The notes beneath the pieces were generated by a model. That model was not told the origin of the DNA. It did not search any database and saw only the letters and a program-made list of their open reading frames with translations. A program made the translations under genes and the position numbers. A stretch of DNA of 58,307 nt from Burkholderiales bacterium (GTDB taxonomy: Bacteria > Pseudomonadota > Gammaproteobacteria > Burkholderiales > SG8-41), in NCBI GenBank assembly GCA_041629335.1, contig JBFKNN010000003.1:1-58307 (forward strand), in the 5' to 3' direction. This document shows, one piece after another, positions 37,930 through 51,126 of this stretch. Position 1 is the stretch's first letter. Each line of letters begins with the position of its first letter.

Positions 37930-39048
37930 GTGAAGCCGGTTCTGGAAAATGCGAAACGGCTGGTGGTCAAGGTCGGCTCGGGCCTGGTCACCAACCAGGG
38001 CCAGGGGCTGGACCACGCGGCGCTCGCGCGCTGGGCCGAGCAGATCGCGCAGCTGCGCCACATGGGACGCGCCGTGGTGCTTGTGTCGAGCGGCGCCATC
38101 GCGGAAGGCATGCAACGGCTCGGCTGGAAGCGGCGTCCCCACGCGCTGCATCAGCTGCAGGCCGCCGCCGCGATCGGGCAGATGGGACTGGTCCAGGTCT
38201 ACGAGTCCTGCTTCCGGAGCCACAACCTGCTTACCTCACAGGTCCTGCTCACCCACGAGGACCTCGCCGACCGCAAGCGTTACCTCAATGCGCGCTCGAC
38301 GCTGCGCACGCTGCTCGGCCTGGGCGTCATTCCGGTGATCAACGAAAACGACACGGTCGCCATCGACGAGATCCGTTTCGGCGACAACGACACGCTGGCG
38401 GCGATGGTCACCAACCTGATCGAGGCCGACGTGCTGGTCATCCTCACCGACCAGAACGGCCTCTACAACCGCGACCCGCGCCGCGACCCGACCGCGACCT
38501 TGATCCAGGAGGCCGACGCGGGCGATCCCAAGCTCGAGGCGATGGCAGGAGGCGCCGGCACGCACATCGGGCTGGGCGGCATGCTGACCAAGGTGCTGGC
38601 AGCAAAGCGCGCGGCCCGTAGCGGCGCGCACACGGTGATCGCGTCGGGGCACGAGCCGGATGTCCTGATGCGGCTCGCGCGCGGGGAGAGAATCGGCACG
38701 CAGCTGATCGCCCAGCGCGCCACCCTCGCCGCCCGCAAGCAGTGGCTGGCCGATCACCTCCAGGTGCGCGGCCAGCTGGTGCTCGACGCGGGCGCGGTCA
38801 AGGCACTGAAGATCGACGGCAAGAGCCTGCTGCCGATTGGCGTATTCGAAGTCACGGGCGAATTCGAGCGCGGCGAGGTGGTGAGCTGCCTGGACGCGTC
38901 GCGCGGCGAGATCGCGCGCGGCCTGATCAACTACGGTGCAGGCGAAACCCGCCGCATCCTGCGCACGCCGTCGCACGAGATCGAAGCAAAGCTCGGTTAC
39001 GTCGACGAGCCCGAGCTCATCCACCGCGACAACCTGGTGCTGATCTAG
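37930..39048 (+). CDS. proB: Glutamate 5-kinase
   Basis: VVKVGS, VSSGAI, INENDTV, FGDNDTL, GGMLTK, C-terminal PUA domain 'IHRDNL'. Confidence 0.97.
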   Translation: MKPVLENAKRLVVKVGSGLVTNQGQGLDHAALARWAEQIAQLRHMGRAVVLVSSGAIAEGMQRLGWKRRPHALHQLQAAAAIGQMGLVQVYESCFRSHNLLTSQVLLTHEDLADRKRYLNARSTLRTLLGLGVIPVINENDTVAIDEIRFGDNDTLAAMVTNLIEADVLVILTDQNGLYNRDPRRDPTATLIQEADAGDPKLEAMAGGAGTHIGLGGMLTKVLAAKRAARSGAHTVIASGHEPDVLMRLARGERIGTQLIAQRATLAARKQWLADHLQVRGQLVLDAGAVKALKIDGKSLLPIGVFEVTGEFERGEVVSCLDASRGEIARGLINYGAGETRRILRTPSHEIEAKLGYVDEPELIHRDNLVLI

Positions 39049-39076
39049 CAGCCGGCGGGTCGCGGCCGCGCCAGGC

Positions 39077-39604
39077 CTAATTCTGGACGCGTTCCGCGCC
39101 CTGCCTCAAGGCCTGCGTCATGTCCTTCACACTCTGCACCGGATTTTTTCCGCGGCAGAAGATATCGTCGTAAAGGGTGTTGTAGTGCCGGTCGTAAGCC
39201 CGGCGCTCGATAAAGCGCCAGTCCGGGTTGCGCGCACGCGCCCACGTCCCGTCGCTGTGCCCGAGCGCGTACGTCTTCTTCTCGCGCGTCTCGCAGCGGA
39301 TGCCCTCGAACATGACATTCGTCGCGCCGCCGGAGGTCTTGATCACCAGCGTGTAACGCACGACACCGTCCTCGCCCAACGAGATCGATTTCTCGTCGAC
39401 GAAGAAGCGGTGTGCCGTCGCCGCCCCCGCATCGAACGCGATGAGGGTCTCCGGCCCCGGATAGGGCGGCAGCTGCAACTGCAGCTCCTGCCAGGGCTTG
39501 ATTTCCCGGTCGAAAGTGTAATCCCAGCCCGACCACTGGGCCGCGGCGGAGGTGCTCAATGCGCCGGCGAGCAAGGCGAAGACAGCCTTGCGGCTAATTC
39601 CCAT
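39077..39604 (-). CDS. CNP1-like family periplasmic protein
   Basis: Signal peptide; 'WQE..LQLPPYP', 'FFVD..SIS.GEDGVVRYTLV..SGGA.NV.FEGIRCET'. Confidence 0.82.
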   Translation of the reverse strand: MGISRKAVFALLAGALSTSAAAQWSGWDYTFDREIKPWQELQLQLPPYPGPETLIAFDAGAATAHRFFVDEKSISLGEDGVVRYTLVIKTSGGATNVMFEGIRCETREKKTYALGHSDGTWARARNPDWRFIERRAYDRHYNTLYDDIFCRGKNPVQSVKDMTQALRQGAERVQN

Positions 39605-40805
39605 ACATATAATCCCTGGTCAGCGGCAGCTCGCAGCCGCCGCCCGGCGCCGCTTTGCCGGCGAGCACCTGATAAATCGACATCCAGCCGCGCGCAAAGG
39701 CATGTGCCGATCCCGCCATGTAAATGCGCCAGATCCGGTACGCCTTCTCGCCGACCAGCGCCACGGCCGCCTCGCGGTTCGCCTCCAGCCGGTCCACCCA
39801 CTGCCACAGCGTCTTGGCGTAATGCGGGCGCAGGCTCTCGACGTCGCAGCACTCGAGACCCTGCGCCGACATTTCCGCCACCACGTCCGCGATGTGGCAC
39901 AGCTCGCCGCCGGGGAAGACGTAATCGTCGATGAATCGCCCGATATCGCTGCCAAGCTCCCCCTGGCCGAGCGCGTTCAGCGTGATGCCGTGATTCATGG
40001 CGAGTCCCCCCGGGCGCAGCAGCCGGACCATCTTGGCAAAGTACAGCGGCAGGTTCTTGCGCCCGACATGCTCGAACATGCCCACGCTCGCGATCTTGTC
40101 GAACGGCTCATCCTCGGGCACATCCCGGTAGTCGATGAGCCGGACGTCACACAGCCCGTCGAGCCCGCGCTCCCTGATTTGCCGTTGTGCATAGGCGTGC
40201 TGGTTGTCGGAGAGCGTGATGCCGGTCGCCCGCACGCGGTAGTGCCGGGCCGCCCACATCACGAGCGCGCCCCAGCCGCACCCAATGTCGAGAAACCGCT
40301 CGCCGGGTCGCAACGCGAGCTTCTTGCAGATGTGGTCGAGCTTCTGCTGCTGCGCGATTTCCAGCGTGTCGTCTGCCCGCCGGAAGTAGGCGCAGGAGTA
40401 GATGCGCTCACGGTCGAGCCACAAGCTGAAGAAATCGTCGTTGATGTCGTAGTGATGGCGAATCGCCTTGCGGTCGAACGGGCGTGAATGCCGCACCCAA
40501 TCGCGGATGCGACCGCCCTTGCCTGGCGCCGTGGCATTGTCGTAGCCGCTCAGCGCCTCGGCTACCCGCACCGCATCGCGCGCCCCGCCCTCCAGATCGA
40601 GTTCCTCCTCGACGTACGAGCGCGCGAGACTGCCCATGCTGGGATTCGCGAGCGCAGCGAGCGCCTTGGGCGTACGCACCTTGAGCGCGACCTGCGCCGG
40701 CGCGTCCGGCTCCAGGGTCTTGCCGTCCCACAGGGTCAGTTTCAGCGGCAGCTTGAGCCGCTGGAAACGCCTCTCGACCTGCTTGAACAAACGCTCCTGC
40801 AGCAT
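39594..40805 (-). CDS. cfa: Cyclopropane-fatty-acyl-phospholipid synthase family methyltransferase
   Basis: 'IRHHYD..DDFF..WLD...YSCAYF', LDIGCGWG, 'SVGMFEHVG', YVFPGG, 'HYAKTL..W'. Confidence 0.85.
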   Translation of the reverse strand: MLQERLFKQVERRFQRLKLPLKLTLWDGKTLEPDAPAQVALKVRTPKALAALANPSMGSLARSYVEEELDLEGGARDAVRVAEALSGYDNATAPGKGGRIRDWVRHSRPFDRKAIRHHYDINDDFFSLWLDRERIYSCAYFRRADDTLEIAQQQKLDHICKKLALRPGERFLDIGCGWGALVMWAARHYRVRATGITLSDNQHAYAQRQIRERGLDGLCDVRLIDYRDVPEDEPFDKIASVGMFEHVGRKNLPLYFAKMVRLLRPGGLAMNHGITLNALGQGELGSDIGRFIDDYVFPGGELCHIADVVAEMSAQGLECCDVESLRPHYAKTLWQWVDRLEANREAAVALVGEKAYRIWRIYMAGSAHAFARGWMSIYQVLAGKAAPGGGCELPLTRDYMYGN

Positions 40806-40925
40806 GCGCGGCCCGTCCCCGAATCCGTAACCGACACCACCAATGGAACGCTCAAGGCACGGCAGCGACAGGCATGGCCACATCGCTCCCGCGCGCGTCG
40901 TACTGGACAGTTTGCCGTATCGGCG

Positions 40926-41513
40926 CTACCCCTGCAAATCCCCCACCAGCGACGCACGCACCGCGGGGTCGACCGCGTCGATGGCCACCCGGTACGCGGG
41001 GTGGTCCACCCCCACGGCGAGGCGCGCCCCGCCCTTGAGCGCACGCACCATGGCCGGGTCGAGCTCGAAGCGCAGGAAATGCACGGAAGAGGTCTTCTCG
41101 GCGGTCTCGCGCTCCAGGTCCTCGTCGGCAATCGCGTAAACACGCGCATACCCTTCGGCCTGGACCCACACCTTGTCCTCGACTCCGATCAGCCTCGCCA
41201 GCATGCGCCGGCGCTCCTCGACGTCGGGATACTCCATCAGCATCGTCGCTTTCCAGTTGCTGCCGTCGGGGATGAGCGGATTGTAGGCATCGAGCTCGCT
41301 CTGGATGTCGTCCTCCTCGAAGATGCGCTCGGTGCGCAGCATCTCCTGAACCTGGTAGCGGATGGTGAGCTCGTCTTCGAAGACGAGCCGCAGGTTTCCC
41401 CCCAACGTAACGGAGCGGTTTTTCTTGTGTTCCATCACCTTGGCACGGAAATCCGGCCGCACCTTGGCGTACGCTTCCAGCGTCATCAGGCTGTCACGGG
41501 TGAGTTGCGTCAT
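40926..41513 (-). CDS. DUF3501 family protein
   Basis: 'LMTLEAYAK.R..FR..V..HKK.R', 'FEDELTIRYQVQEMLR.E', 'AYNPLIPDG', 'KTSSVHFLRF'. Confidence 0.88.
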   Translation of the reverse strand: MTQLTRDSLMTLEAYAKVRPDFRAKVMEHKKNRSVTLGGNLRLVFEDELTIRYQVQEMLRTERIFEEDDIQSELDAYNPLIPDGSNWKATMLMEYPDVEERRRMLARLIGVEDKVWVQAEGYARVYAIADEDLERETAEKTSSVHFLRFELDPAMVRALKGGARLAVGVDHPAYRVAIDAVDPAVRASLVGDLQG

Positions 41514-41572
41514 GGCGTCCATACGAAAATAAGCGATAATGAAAAACTGCCAAAAGGATCCTGCCTGCCGAG

Positions 41573-42931
41573 CTACACGTGCCGTGATCCCGTTTCGGCG
41601 CGGGCTAGGCCGTAAGCGATGCGAACCAGCGTAATCGGGTGCTGCTTCCGTGCCGTTGCACCTTCCATGCCCTGCTGGATGTGGCGCCCGGCGATGGCGC
41701 AATCGGAGCTGATGTAGTCGGGCTCGGCGTCCGCCATCTGCCGGAACACCGGGCGGCCGATTTTCATCGATTGCTCGAAGAACTCGCTCTTCACGCCCCA
41801 AGTGCCGTCGTGGCCGGCGCAGCGCTCGACCGTCGTCACCTGCGTGCCGGGGATCGACTCGAGCAATTCGCGGGTCTTCTGTCCCATGTTCTGCACGCGC
41901 AGGTGGCACGGCACGTGGTATGAGACCTTGCCCAGCGCCTGCTTGAAATCGTTCTTGAGCAAGCCATCCTTCCTGCGCAACACCAGGTACTCGAACGGGT
42001 CGAACATCGCCTCGGCCACGGCCTTGACCTCGGCGTCGTCGGGGAACATCAGCGGCAGCTCCTGCTTGAACATGAGGGTGCACGAGGGCACCGGCGTCAG
42101 AATCGCATAGCCCTCGCGCGCGAGCTTCGCGAGGGCCGGGATGTTGCGCTCCCTGTTGCGCGCCACGGACTCGAGGTCCCCCAGCTCCAGCTTGGGCATG
42201 CCGCAGCAGGCTTCCTTCTCAACGATCACCGCCGGCACCTCGTTGTGCCTCAGGATCGCGACAAGATCGTGGCCGATTCCCGGCTCGTTGTAATTCACGT
42301 AACACGTCGAAAAGATCGCGACCTTGCCGGGCGTGAGCTTGCCGTCCTTGACCGGGAACGAGGCATCGGGCCGCGCCGTATTGCGGAATGTCGCGCTGTC
42401 GTACTCGGGCAGGACGCGGTCCTTATGTATGCCCAGCACGCGCTCCATCAAGCCGCGCGTGACCGCCGCCTTGTTCGCGGCGTTCACCGCCTGAACCACC
42501 ACGGGGATCGATGCCAGCTTGCCGATCGCGTCGGTGCTGGATAGCAGCTTGTCGCGCAGCCGCGCTCCGCCCTTCCGGAACTTGACCGCTTTCGCGCGCA
42601 GCTGGAGGTGCGGAAAATCTACGTTCCACTCGTGCGGCGGCACATACGGACACTTGGTCATGTAGCACATGTCGCACAGGTAGCAGCGGTCGATCACCTG
42701 CCAGTAATCGTCCTTCGCCACGCCGTCGATTTCCATCGTCTTGCTCTCGTCGATCAGGTCGAAGAGCGTGGGAAACGCCGTGCACAGGTTCACGCAGCGG
42801 CGGCAGCCGTGGCAGATATCGTAGACGCGCTCGAGTTCCTTGAAGAGCTTCCCTTCGTCGTGGAAATCGGCAGATTGCCAGTCGAGCGGATGCCGGGTAG
42901 GAGCCTCGAGGCTGCCTTCGCGTGCGGTCAT
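41573..42931 (-). CDS. Rubrerythrin-associated Fe-S oxidoreductase (heterodisulfide reductase/GlpC-like)
   Basis: CHGCRRCVNLC, CYLCDMCYMTKCPY, CCG domains (ACCGMP, PSC, CAGHDG, SDC). Confidence 0.88.
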   Translation of the reverse strand: MTAREGSLEAPTRHPLDWQSADFHDEGKLFKELERVYDICHGCRRCVNLCTAFPTLFDLIDESKTMEIDGVAKDDYWQVIDRCYLCDMCYMTKCPYVPPHEWNVDFPHLQLRAKAVKFRKGGARLRDKLLSSTDAIGKLASIPVVVQAVNAANKAAVTRGLMERVLGIHKDRVLPEYDSATFRNTARPDASFPVKDGKLTPGKVAIFSTCYVNYNEPGIGHDLVAILRHNEVPAVIVEKEACCGMPKLELGDLESVARNRERNIPALAKLAREGYAILTPVPSCTLMFKQELPLMFPDDAEVKAVAEAMFDPFEYLVLRRKDGLLKNDFKQALGKVSYHVPCHLRVQNMGQKTRELLESIPGTQVTTVERCAGHDGTWGVKSEFFEQSMKIGRPVFRQMADAEPDYISSDCAIAGRHIQQGMEGATARKQHPITLVRIAYGLARAETGSRHV

Positions 42932-43025
42932 AATCGAGTGTCCGGGTGAGAGACGTCGAGCGCGAACAGCGGCGGGAGCGCGGCGATCGCGCCCTCCCGC
43001 CACGCTGCCCGCGTCTTACGGCCGT

Positions 43026-43445
<420 letters not shown>

Positions 43446-43537
43446 ACCATTCTCCATTTAAATCAGCTATTTACGATATAACCGCGGGCACTGACGATAC
43501 CGCTTGCTGCTACCGATCCCGGGTTCGATGAACGGGT

Positions 43538-43554
43538 TTTAGACTGAATCTAAA
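43538..43554. promoter_or_regulatory. Irr/ICE-like (Fur-family) operator upstream of rubrerythrin
   Basis: TTTAGA-CTGAA-TCTAAA vs ICE consensus TTTAGAA-N3-TTCTAAA (12/14). Confidence 0.55.
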
Positions 43555-43564
43555 CCGTGAACTG

Positions 43565-43594
43565 AGTATAGGGCGGGGCCCGAACCACTGTCAA
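43565..43594 (-). promoter_or_regulatory. Sigma70 promoter of the rubrerythrin cluster
   Basis: TTGACA-N18-TATACT on the minus strand. Confidence 0.7.
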
Positions 43595-43603
43595 GCAACG
43601 GGC

Positions 43604-44197
43604 TTACCGCGCGAGCATTGATTCGATTTCGGCGAAGGTGTTCGCGACAGCGCTGGTCTGAATGGTCACGCCAAGTTGGCGCGCGACCTGGGTGGCCGAA
43701 AAGATCCCACGCAGCCGCTGCCGTCCCTGCTCGCTGCGGTCTACGACGAGTGAGTGCTGCCGGCCCGCCTGCTTCAGCGTCGCCACCACGTGCCCAACCT
43801 TGGCCGAGCGTACCTGCTCCATGTCGAGCACCTGCAGGCGCTCGCGCAGCGTCATGACATCCCGGACCAGCACCTCTTCGCGCTGAATTCCGCGCTCGAC
43901 CGCGGTCTGGACCGGCTTCTCGCCCAGCACGTCGTTCGCCGTAATCACGCCTTGCAACTTGCGATCCTTGTCCACGACGAGCAGGAGCCGCACGCTGCGC
44001 TGGATCATCCTCCGGTGCGCTTCGTCCACCGTATCCCCGGCAAGGATGATGATCGCGGTAATCCGCGTGAGGTCGGTCATCACGTCGACCGCTGGACTGT
44101 CGAGGCTCACTCGGTCGGGCACGGCTTGCGTCGGCTGCGCGTAGCCAATATCGGTGAGCAGCGCGTTCGTGGGCAATGGAGTGTAGTTCCTCAGCAC
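43604..44197 (-). CDS. CBS domain protein
   Basis: AAGGAG plus GTG 44197; 'SPAVDVMTD', 'VRLLLVVD....GVITANDVLGEKP', 'VRDVMT', 'RGIFSATQ'. Confidence 0.85.
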   Translation of the reverse strand: MLRNYTPLPTNALLTDIGYAQPTQAVPDRVSLDSPAVDVMTDLTRITAIIILAGDTVDEAHRRMIQRSVRLLLVVDKDRKLQGVITANDVLGEKPVQTAVERGIQREEVLVRDVMTLRERLQVLDMEQVRSAKVGHVVATLKQAGRQHSLVVDRSEQGRQRLRGIFSATQVARQLGVTIQTSAVANTFAEIESMLAR

Positions 44198-44247
44198 GAT
44201 AGTTCTCCTTCGTAAGGCGCCGGCCGCATCGGGCCGGGTGTTCATTT

Positions 44248-44381
44248 TAGAACCTATCTGAATAATTGGCACGTGTGCGACGGTGGCGATGCGGCATGCA
44301 GTTCCCGCTGGGCGACTGCGGCAATATCGCGAATATTGCAGGAGGGTAACCCGGCGACAAGATGCGCCCCTGAGCCGGCAC
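44248..44381. repeat. Dispersed ~130-bp palindromic element, copy 1
   Basis: Colinear with 57924-58053; identical blocks TAGAACCTAT, CGTGTGCGACGGTGGCGATG, ATGCAGTTC, GCAATATCGCGAATATTGCA, ATGCGCCCC. Confidence 0.85.
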
Positions 44382-44419
44382 GCGGCGCAGTTTGTCGCGG
44401 CCATTTACATGCCGGACAC

Positions 44420-44960
44420 CCGCTGTAGGTTCGCCCCCTATTGCCACGCCGGCACCGCGACCGGTGCGGCTCTCAACAGATTCGAACTCGCCGGCGAATG
44501 CGTACTCGAACCGCAGGCGCCGCAAACCGATCGCACCGGGCATCCGGTTCTCATATGAATATCATCAGCTTGCGCGACGCGCTCCAGCCAGCCCGCGCGC
44601 AAGCGCAGCGCACAGCTCGCCTGGCCGTATATCGGCAGGGAATCGATGGCGCGAAAATCGTTGCCCGCGGTCGAGCACGACATCAGTGCCGCCGACAGCG
44701 ACTCGGCGCCATAGGCGATCGTGTTCAACCGGGCAGCGGCGCAGCGCGGCGGCATCGGTCGCGCCCAGACGGCTCGGGTAAGAACGCAATTTGCCGCCCC
44801 GAGCTGCGCGAGCGCTGGTCGCAGCGCCGGCGTGCAATGGGGCGTGTTGACGAGCACGCCCCCGCTGCCGGCGACAAGGACCACCGCCGGGCGGCTGCCC
44901 GGCAGATCGTGGAAGCTGTGCCCGGGCCGCTCGAGCACCGTCAGCACGCGGGCAAGTGCG
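44420..44960 (-). pseudogene. Probable decayed gene downstream of rppH (possibly MBL-like fold); boundaries approximate
   Basis: Protein-like fragments in different frames: 'LPGSRPAV...GGVLVNTP', 'RAIDSLPIYGQASCALRL...QADD', then after a frameshift near 44560 'SYENRMPGAIGLRRLRFEYAF'. Confidence 0.4.
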
Positions 44961-44961
44961 G

Positions 44962-45498
44962 CTACCCGCGCTCGAGTATGCCGGCCTGCGCTTCGGCTCC
45001 CCTGTACTGCGTGGACCGCCCTGACCGCCGGTTCAGATAGCGGGCGAGTTCCGCCAGCGCCTTCTGATAGACGTCGCGCTTGAACTCGATTACCACTTCC
45101 ATCGGCACCCAGTACTCGCTCCACCGCCAGGCATCAAATTCCGGCTTTCTGCTCGCGCGCAGGTGCACGTCGCAGTCGCGTCCGATGAGGCGCAGCAGAA
45201 ACCAGATCTGCTTTTGCCCGCGGTAATGGCCGCGCCAGTCGCGCCGCAGCCACTGCTCCGGCACCTCATAGCGCAGCCAGTCGCGGGTGCGACCGAGAAT
45301 CCGCACGTGCTGCCGGTCGAGGCCTACCTCTTCGTTCAGCTCCCGATACATCGCGGCCTCGGGCGTTTCGCCGGGCTTGATGCCGCCCTGCGGGAACTGC
45401 CACGAATGCTGTCTCACCCGCTTGCCCCAGAAAACCTCGTTTTTTCGGTTGCAAAGTATGATGCCGACGTTGGGGCGGTAACCGTCACGATCGATCAT
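44962..45498 (-). CDS. rppH: RNA pyrophosphohydrolase
   Basis: [14 protein letters not shown], Nudix box '[26 protein letters not shown]', [17 protein letters not shown]. Confidence 0.96.
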   Translation of the reverse strand: MIDRDGYRPNVGIILCNRKNEVFWGKRVRQHSWQFPQGGIKPGETPEAAMYRELNEEVGLDRQHVRILGRTRDWLRYEVPEQWLRRDWRGHYRGQKQIWFLLRLIGRDCDVHLRASRKPEFDAWRWSEYWVPMEVVIEFKRDVYQKALAELARYLNRRSGRSTQYRGAEAQAGILERG

Positions 45499-45586
45499 GT
45501 CGACTACCCCAAGATTCAAGTAATTGACACGATTTTTTCACAATTCGGAAACGAAAGAAAGTCTGCGCGCCATGCTCGGGCGCAGC

Positions 45587-46375
45587 TCAGATGTGGAGGC
45601 GCTCCGCGTCGTGCCGATTCATTTTGCGCAGGCTCGCGACGAAGCGCCCAAATTCGAGCCCGTAGGCCGCTTCCAGCGCAATTGCGCGCGATTCGAGTTC
45701 ACGCCAGGCCGGGTTGCCCGGGTGCCGACGAAACGCGAGCACCACCACGTTGCCGGGCTTTTCGGCCGGCAGGCACACGGTGCCTTCGGGGAAGGTCTGC
45801 TCGATGCGCTCGAGGTTTTCGTTAAACCGGCGGTCCCCGCCCCACAAGTTGACCACCAGCATGCCGTCCGGCGCGAGCCGCCGCCGGCAGGCTTCGTAGA
45901 ACGATTCGTCGGACAGCGCCGCCACCAGCGATTCGCCATCGTAGCCGTCTACCGCGATCACGTCGGCGAGGTCGCCCTCGCGCGCAAGGTGCGCCGCCCC
46001 GTCGCCGATGACGACGCGGAAGCGCCCGTCTTCCGGCGGCAGGTGAAAATAATGCCGCGCAATGGCGACCACCTGCGGGCTGATCTCAACCGCCTCGACT
46101 GCCGACCACGGCAGCCGGTGGTAGATAAACTTGGCGAGCGAGCCGCCGCCCAGACCGATCAGGATGACGCGCGCCGGGCGCTCCTTGAATAGCATGAATC
46201 CCATCATGCTGCGGGTGTAAGAGAGCTCCAGCTCATGCGGTTTGGCAATGCGCATCGCGCTCTGCACCGTATCGCTGCCGATATGCAGGGTGCGCACGCC
46301 GAATTTCTCGCTCACATAGGTGGTTTCGGCATCGTCCGCAGCCTTGCGCACGCGCCATCGGGCAAAGAACTTCAT
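45587..46375 (-). CDS. Spermidine synthase-like SAM-dependent transferase
   Basis: 'GVRTLH.G...VQSAMRI..P..LEL.YTR.MM', [21 protein letters not shown]. Confidence 0.82.
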   Translation of the reverse strand: MKFFARWRVRKAADDAETTYVSEKFGVRTLHIGSDTVQSAMRIAKPHELELSYTRSMMGFMLFKERPARVILIGLGGGSLAKFIYHRLPWSAVEAVEISPQVVAIARHYFHLPPEDGRFRVVIGDGAAHLAREGDLADVIAVDGYDGESLVAALSDESFYEACRRRLAPDGMLVVNLWGGDRRFNENLERIEQTFPEGTVCLPAEKPGNVVVLAFRRHPGNPAWRELESRAIALEAAYGLEFGRFVASLRKMNRHDAERLHI

Positions 46376-46438
46376 TGCAGTTCGGTTCTGGAATCGCCGG
46401 CCGTTGGTAGAATAAACCTTTTTCGCCCCGGGACCGTC

Positions 46439-48151
46439 ATGCGCGTATCACGGTTTTTCGTCTCCACCCTGAAAGAGGCGCCGGCTGAGGCCGAGGTCGT
46501 CAGCCACAAACTGATGCTGCGCGCCGGGCTGATCAAGCGGCTGACTAGCGGAGTCTACACCTGGATGCCGCTGGGGCTGCGCGTCCTTCGCCGGGTCGAG
46601 ACCGTGATCCGGGAGGAGATGAACGCGAGCGGCGCCGTCGAGCTCCTGATGCCGGCAGTGCAGCCGGCGGAGTTGTGGCAGGAGTCGGGGCGCTGGGCCG
46701 AGTACGGGCCGGAGCTCCTGCGCATGAAGGACCGCCACCAGCGCGACTTCTGTATCGGCCCCACGCACGAGGAAGTGGTGAGCGACGTGGTGCGGCGCGA
46801 GATCCGCAGTTATCGCCAGCTGCCATTGAACTTCTACCAGATCCAGACCAAGTTTCGCGACGAGATCCGGCCGCGTTTCGGCGTCATGCGCGGGCGAGAA
46901 TTCATCATGAAGGACGCCTACTCGTTCCATGCCGACAAGGCGAGCCTGGATGCCACCTATCGCGAGATGTATGACTGCTACTCGCGCATCTTCACCCGGC
47001 TCGGCCTTAAGTACCGCGCGGTTGCGGCCGACACCGGCGCGATCGGCGGTACCGGCTCGCACGAGTTCCACGTGCTCGCCGACTCCGGGGAAGACGCCAT
47101 CGCGTTCTGCCCGGATTCCGACTACGCTGCCAACGTGGAACTGGCGGAAGCGATCATGCCTGCCACGCCGCGGCCGGCGGCAGCGGCGATGATCGCGGAA
47201 GTGCACACCCCGGGGGTCAAGACCATCGCTGAACTCGCGGCGTATCTGAAGATCGGCATGGAACGCACGGCGAAAGCGGTGGTCGTCGACGGCGTCGACG
47301 GCGCCCCGGTGCTGCTGATGGTGCGCGGCGACCACGAGCTCAATCTGGTGAAGGCGGGCAAGCTCGAGCAGGTGAAGAAGCCGCTTGCGTTCGCATCCGC
47401 AGAGTCGATCCGCGGCGCGTTCGGTGCGGATCCGGGATCGCTGGGTCCGGTCGGTTTCAAGGGCGTGGTGATCGCCGACCGCACCGTTGCCGTGATGTCC
47501 GACTTCGTGGTCGGCGCGAACCGCACCGACTACCACTACACCGGTGTCAATACCGGGCGCGATTTTCCCGAACCGTTCGTTGCCGACATCCGCAACGTGG
47601 TGCCTGGCGACTCGAGCCCCGACGGCAAGGGTGCGCTCAAGATCCTGCGCGGCATCGAGGTTGGGCATATCTTCCAGCTGCGCACCAAGTACTCCAACGC
47701 GATGGGGCTCACTTTTCTCGACGAATCCGGCAAGTCGCAGGTGATGGAAATGGGCTGCTACGGCATCGGCGTCACGCGCATCGTGGCCGCCGCGATCGAG
47801 CAGAACCACGACGAGCGCGGCATCATCTTCCCGCGCGCGATCGCGCCATTCGAGGTTGCAATCGTGCCGATCGGGCTTGCCAAGAGCGGCGAGGTCCGGG
47901 CCGCGGCTGAGAAGCTGCATACGGAGCTTTCCGCCGCAGGGCTCGAGGTATTGCTCGACGACCGCGACGAGCGCCCCGGCGTCATGTTCGCGGACACGGA
48001 GCTGATCGGCATCCCCCACCGCATCGTCGTCGGTGACCGCGGCTTGAAGCAGGGGACGGTCGAGTATCAGGCCCGGTGCGACAAGACGGCAACGGCGGTC
48101 TCCTTGCAAGAGGCCGCCGGATTCGTAAAATCGAGGGTATGCGCAGATTGA
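46439..48151 (+). CDS. proS: Proline--tRNA ligase with INS editing domain
   Basis: [50 protein letters not shown]. Confidence 0.97.
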   Translation: MRVSRFFVSTLKEAPAEAEVVSHKLMLRAGLIKRLTSGVYTWMPLGLRVLRRVETVIREEMNASGAVELLMPAVQPAELWQESGRWAEYGPELLRMKDRHQRDFCIGPTHEEVVSDVVRREIRSYRQLPLNFYQIQTKFRDEIRPRFGVMRGREFIMKDAYSFHADKASLDATYREMYDCYSRIFTRLGLKYRAVAADTGAIGGTGSHEFHVLADSGEDAIAFCPDSDYAANVELAEAIMPATPRPAAAAMIAEVHTPGVKTIAELAAYLKIGMERTAKAVVVDGVDGAPVLLMVRGDHELNLVKAGKLEQVKKPLAFASAESIRGAFGADPGSLGPVGFKGVVIADRTVAVMSDFVVGANRTDYHYTGVNTGRDFPEPFVADIRNVVPGDSSPDGKGALKILRGIEVGHIFQLRTKYSNAMGLTFLDESGKSQVMEMGCYGIGVTRIVAAAIEQNHDERGIIFPRAIAPFEVAIVPIGLAKSGEVRAAAEKLHTELSAAGLEVLLDDRDERPGVMFADTELIGIPHRIVVGDRGLKQGTVEYQARCDKTATAVSLQEAAGFVKSRVCAD

Positions 48152-48801
48152 CGGGCACGGTGAGCCTCGCGGCGCTGCTATCGGTGCCCTTGACGCTGGC
48201 GCTGCTGCTTCCCGGGCCGGCGCGCAGCGGCACACAGAACTACGAGCCGCTGTCGGCCAGCGTGCAGGCCGCGCTGTCCGAGGCGATCAGCGACCAGGTC
48301 GTTCCCTACCTCGCGTTCGAGACCGAGCACGCCGCCCGTGACTGGCTCTCGGCCATGTCGCAGCGCCTCGCGCGGCGCATTCCCGACCGGCTCGCGCGTG
48401 AAGAGTTCCTGGTGACGGTGCATTACGAGGCCAAGCGCGCCGGCCTCGACCCGCAGCTCGTGCTGGGGCTGATCCAAGTGGAGAGCAATTTCCGCAAGTA
48501 TGCGATTTCCCGCGCCGGCGCGCGCGGGTTCATGCAGGTCATGCCGTTCTGGGTCGGCCTGATCGGCAGACAGAATCATAACCTGTTCCACCTGCGCACC
48601 AACCTGCGCTACGGCTGTGTGATCCTGCGCCACTATCTCGACCGCGAAAGCGGCGATCTGTTTCGCGCGCTGGGCCGCTACAACGGCAGCCTCGGCCAGG
48701 CCGAGTACCCGAACCTCGTGCTGCGCGCCTGGCGCCGCGACTGGCACTACACTGCGCGTGCCGATGAAGGCGCGCGAGCACGACCGGTTTCCGCGCCCTG
48801 A
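48139..48801 (+). CDS. Lytic transglycosylase (SLT domain), secreted
   Basis: Signal peptide; '[29 protein letters not shown]', 'NLRYG', 'ALGRYNGS'. Confidence 0.9.
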   Translation: MRRLTGTVSLAALLSVPLTLALLLPGPARSGTQNYEPLSASVQAALSEAISDQVVPYLAFETEHAARDWLSAMSQRLARRIPDRLAREEFLVTVHYEAKRAGLDPQLVLGLIQVESNFRKYAISRAGARGFMQVMPFWVGLIGRQNHNLFHLRTNLRYGCVILRHYLDRESGDLFRALGRYNGSLGQAEYPNLVLRAWRRDWHYTARADEGARARPVSAP

Positions 48802-48826
48802 GTCCTCCGCCGCGCGGGTTTCCCGC

Positions 48827-50732
<1,906 letters not shown>

Positions 50733-50763
50733 ACCTCACCGCTTCTCGCGCGGGCTGCTGGGC

Positions 50764-51126
50764 GTGACATCGGCCAGGCTTCATTACGTGTGCGCGGCAA
50801 GTCTTGTCGCGCTGATCTTTCTCTGCCTCGCCTGGGAGACGTGGCTTGCGCCGCTGCGGCCGGGTGGATCGTGGCTCGTGCTCAAGGTACTGCCGCTGCT
50901 CGCGCCGTTGCGGGGCGTCTTGCACCGGCAGGTCTACACTCTGCAATGGGCGTCGATGCTGATGCTGGCGTACTTCGCGGAAGGGATCGTGCGCGGCTAC
51001 TCGGACACCGGCGTCTCTGCGCAACTCGCGTGGATCGAGGTCACGTTCGCGCTCGCTTTCTTCTTGAGCGCTATCCTGCTCGTTCGCGCCGAGCGCCGCG
51101 CTAGCGGCGGAAAATCCACAGGATGA
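50764..51126 (+). CDS. DUF2069 family membrane protein
   Basis: 'LCLAWETWLAPLRPGGSWL.LK.LPL..PL.G', 'YT.QWASML...YF.EG'; follows wrbA. Confidence 0.8.
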   Translation: MTSARLHYVCAASLVALIFLCLAWETWLAPLRPGGSWLVLKVLPLLAPLRGVLHRQVYTLQWASMLMLAYFAEGIVRGYSDTGVSAQLAWIEVTFALAFFLSAILLVRAERRASGGKSTG

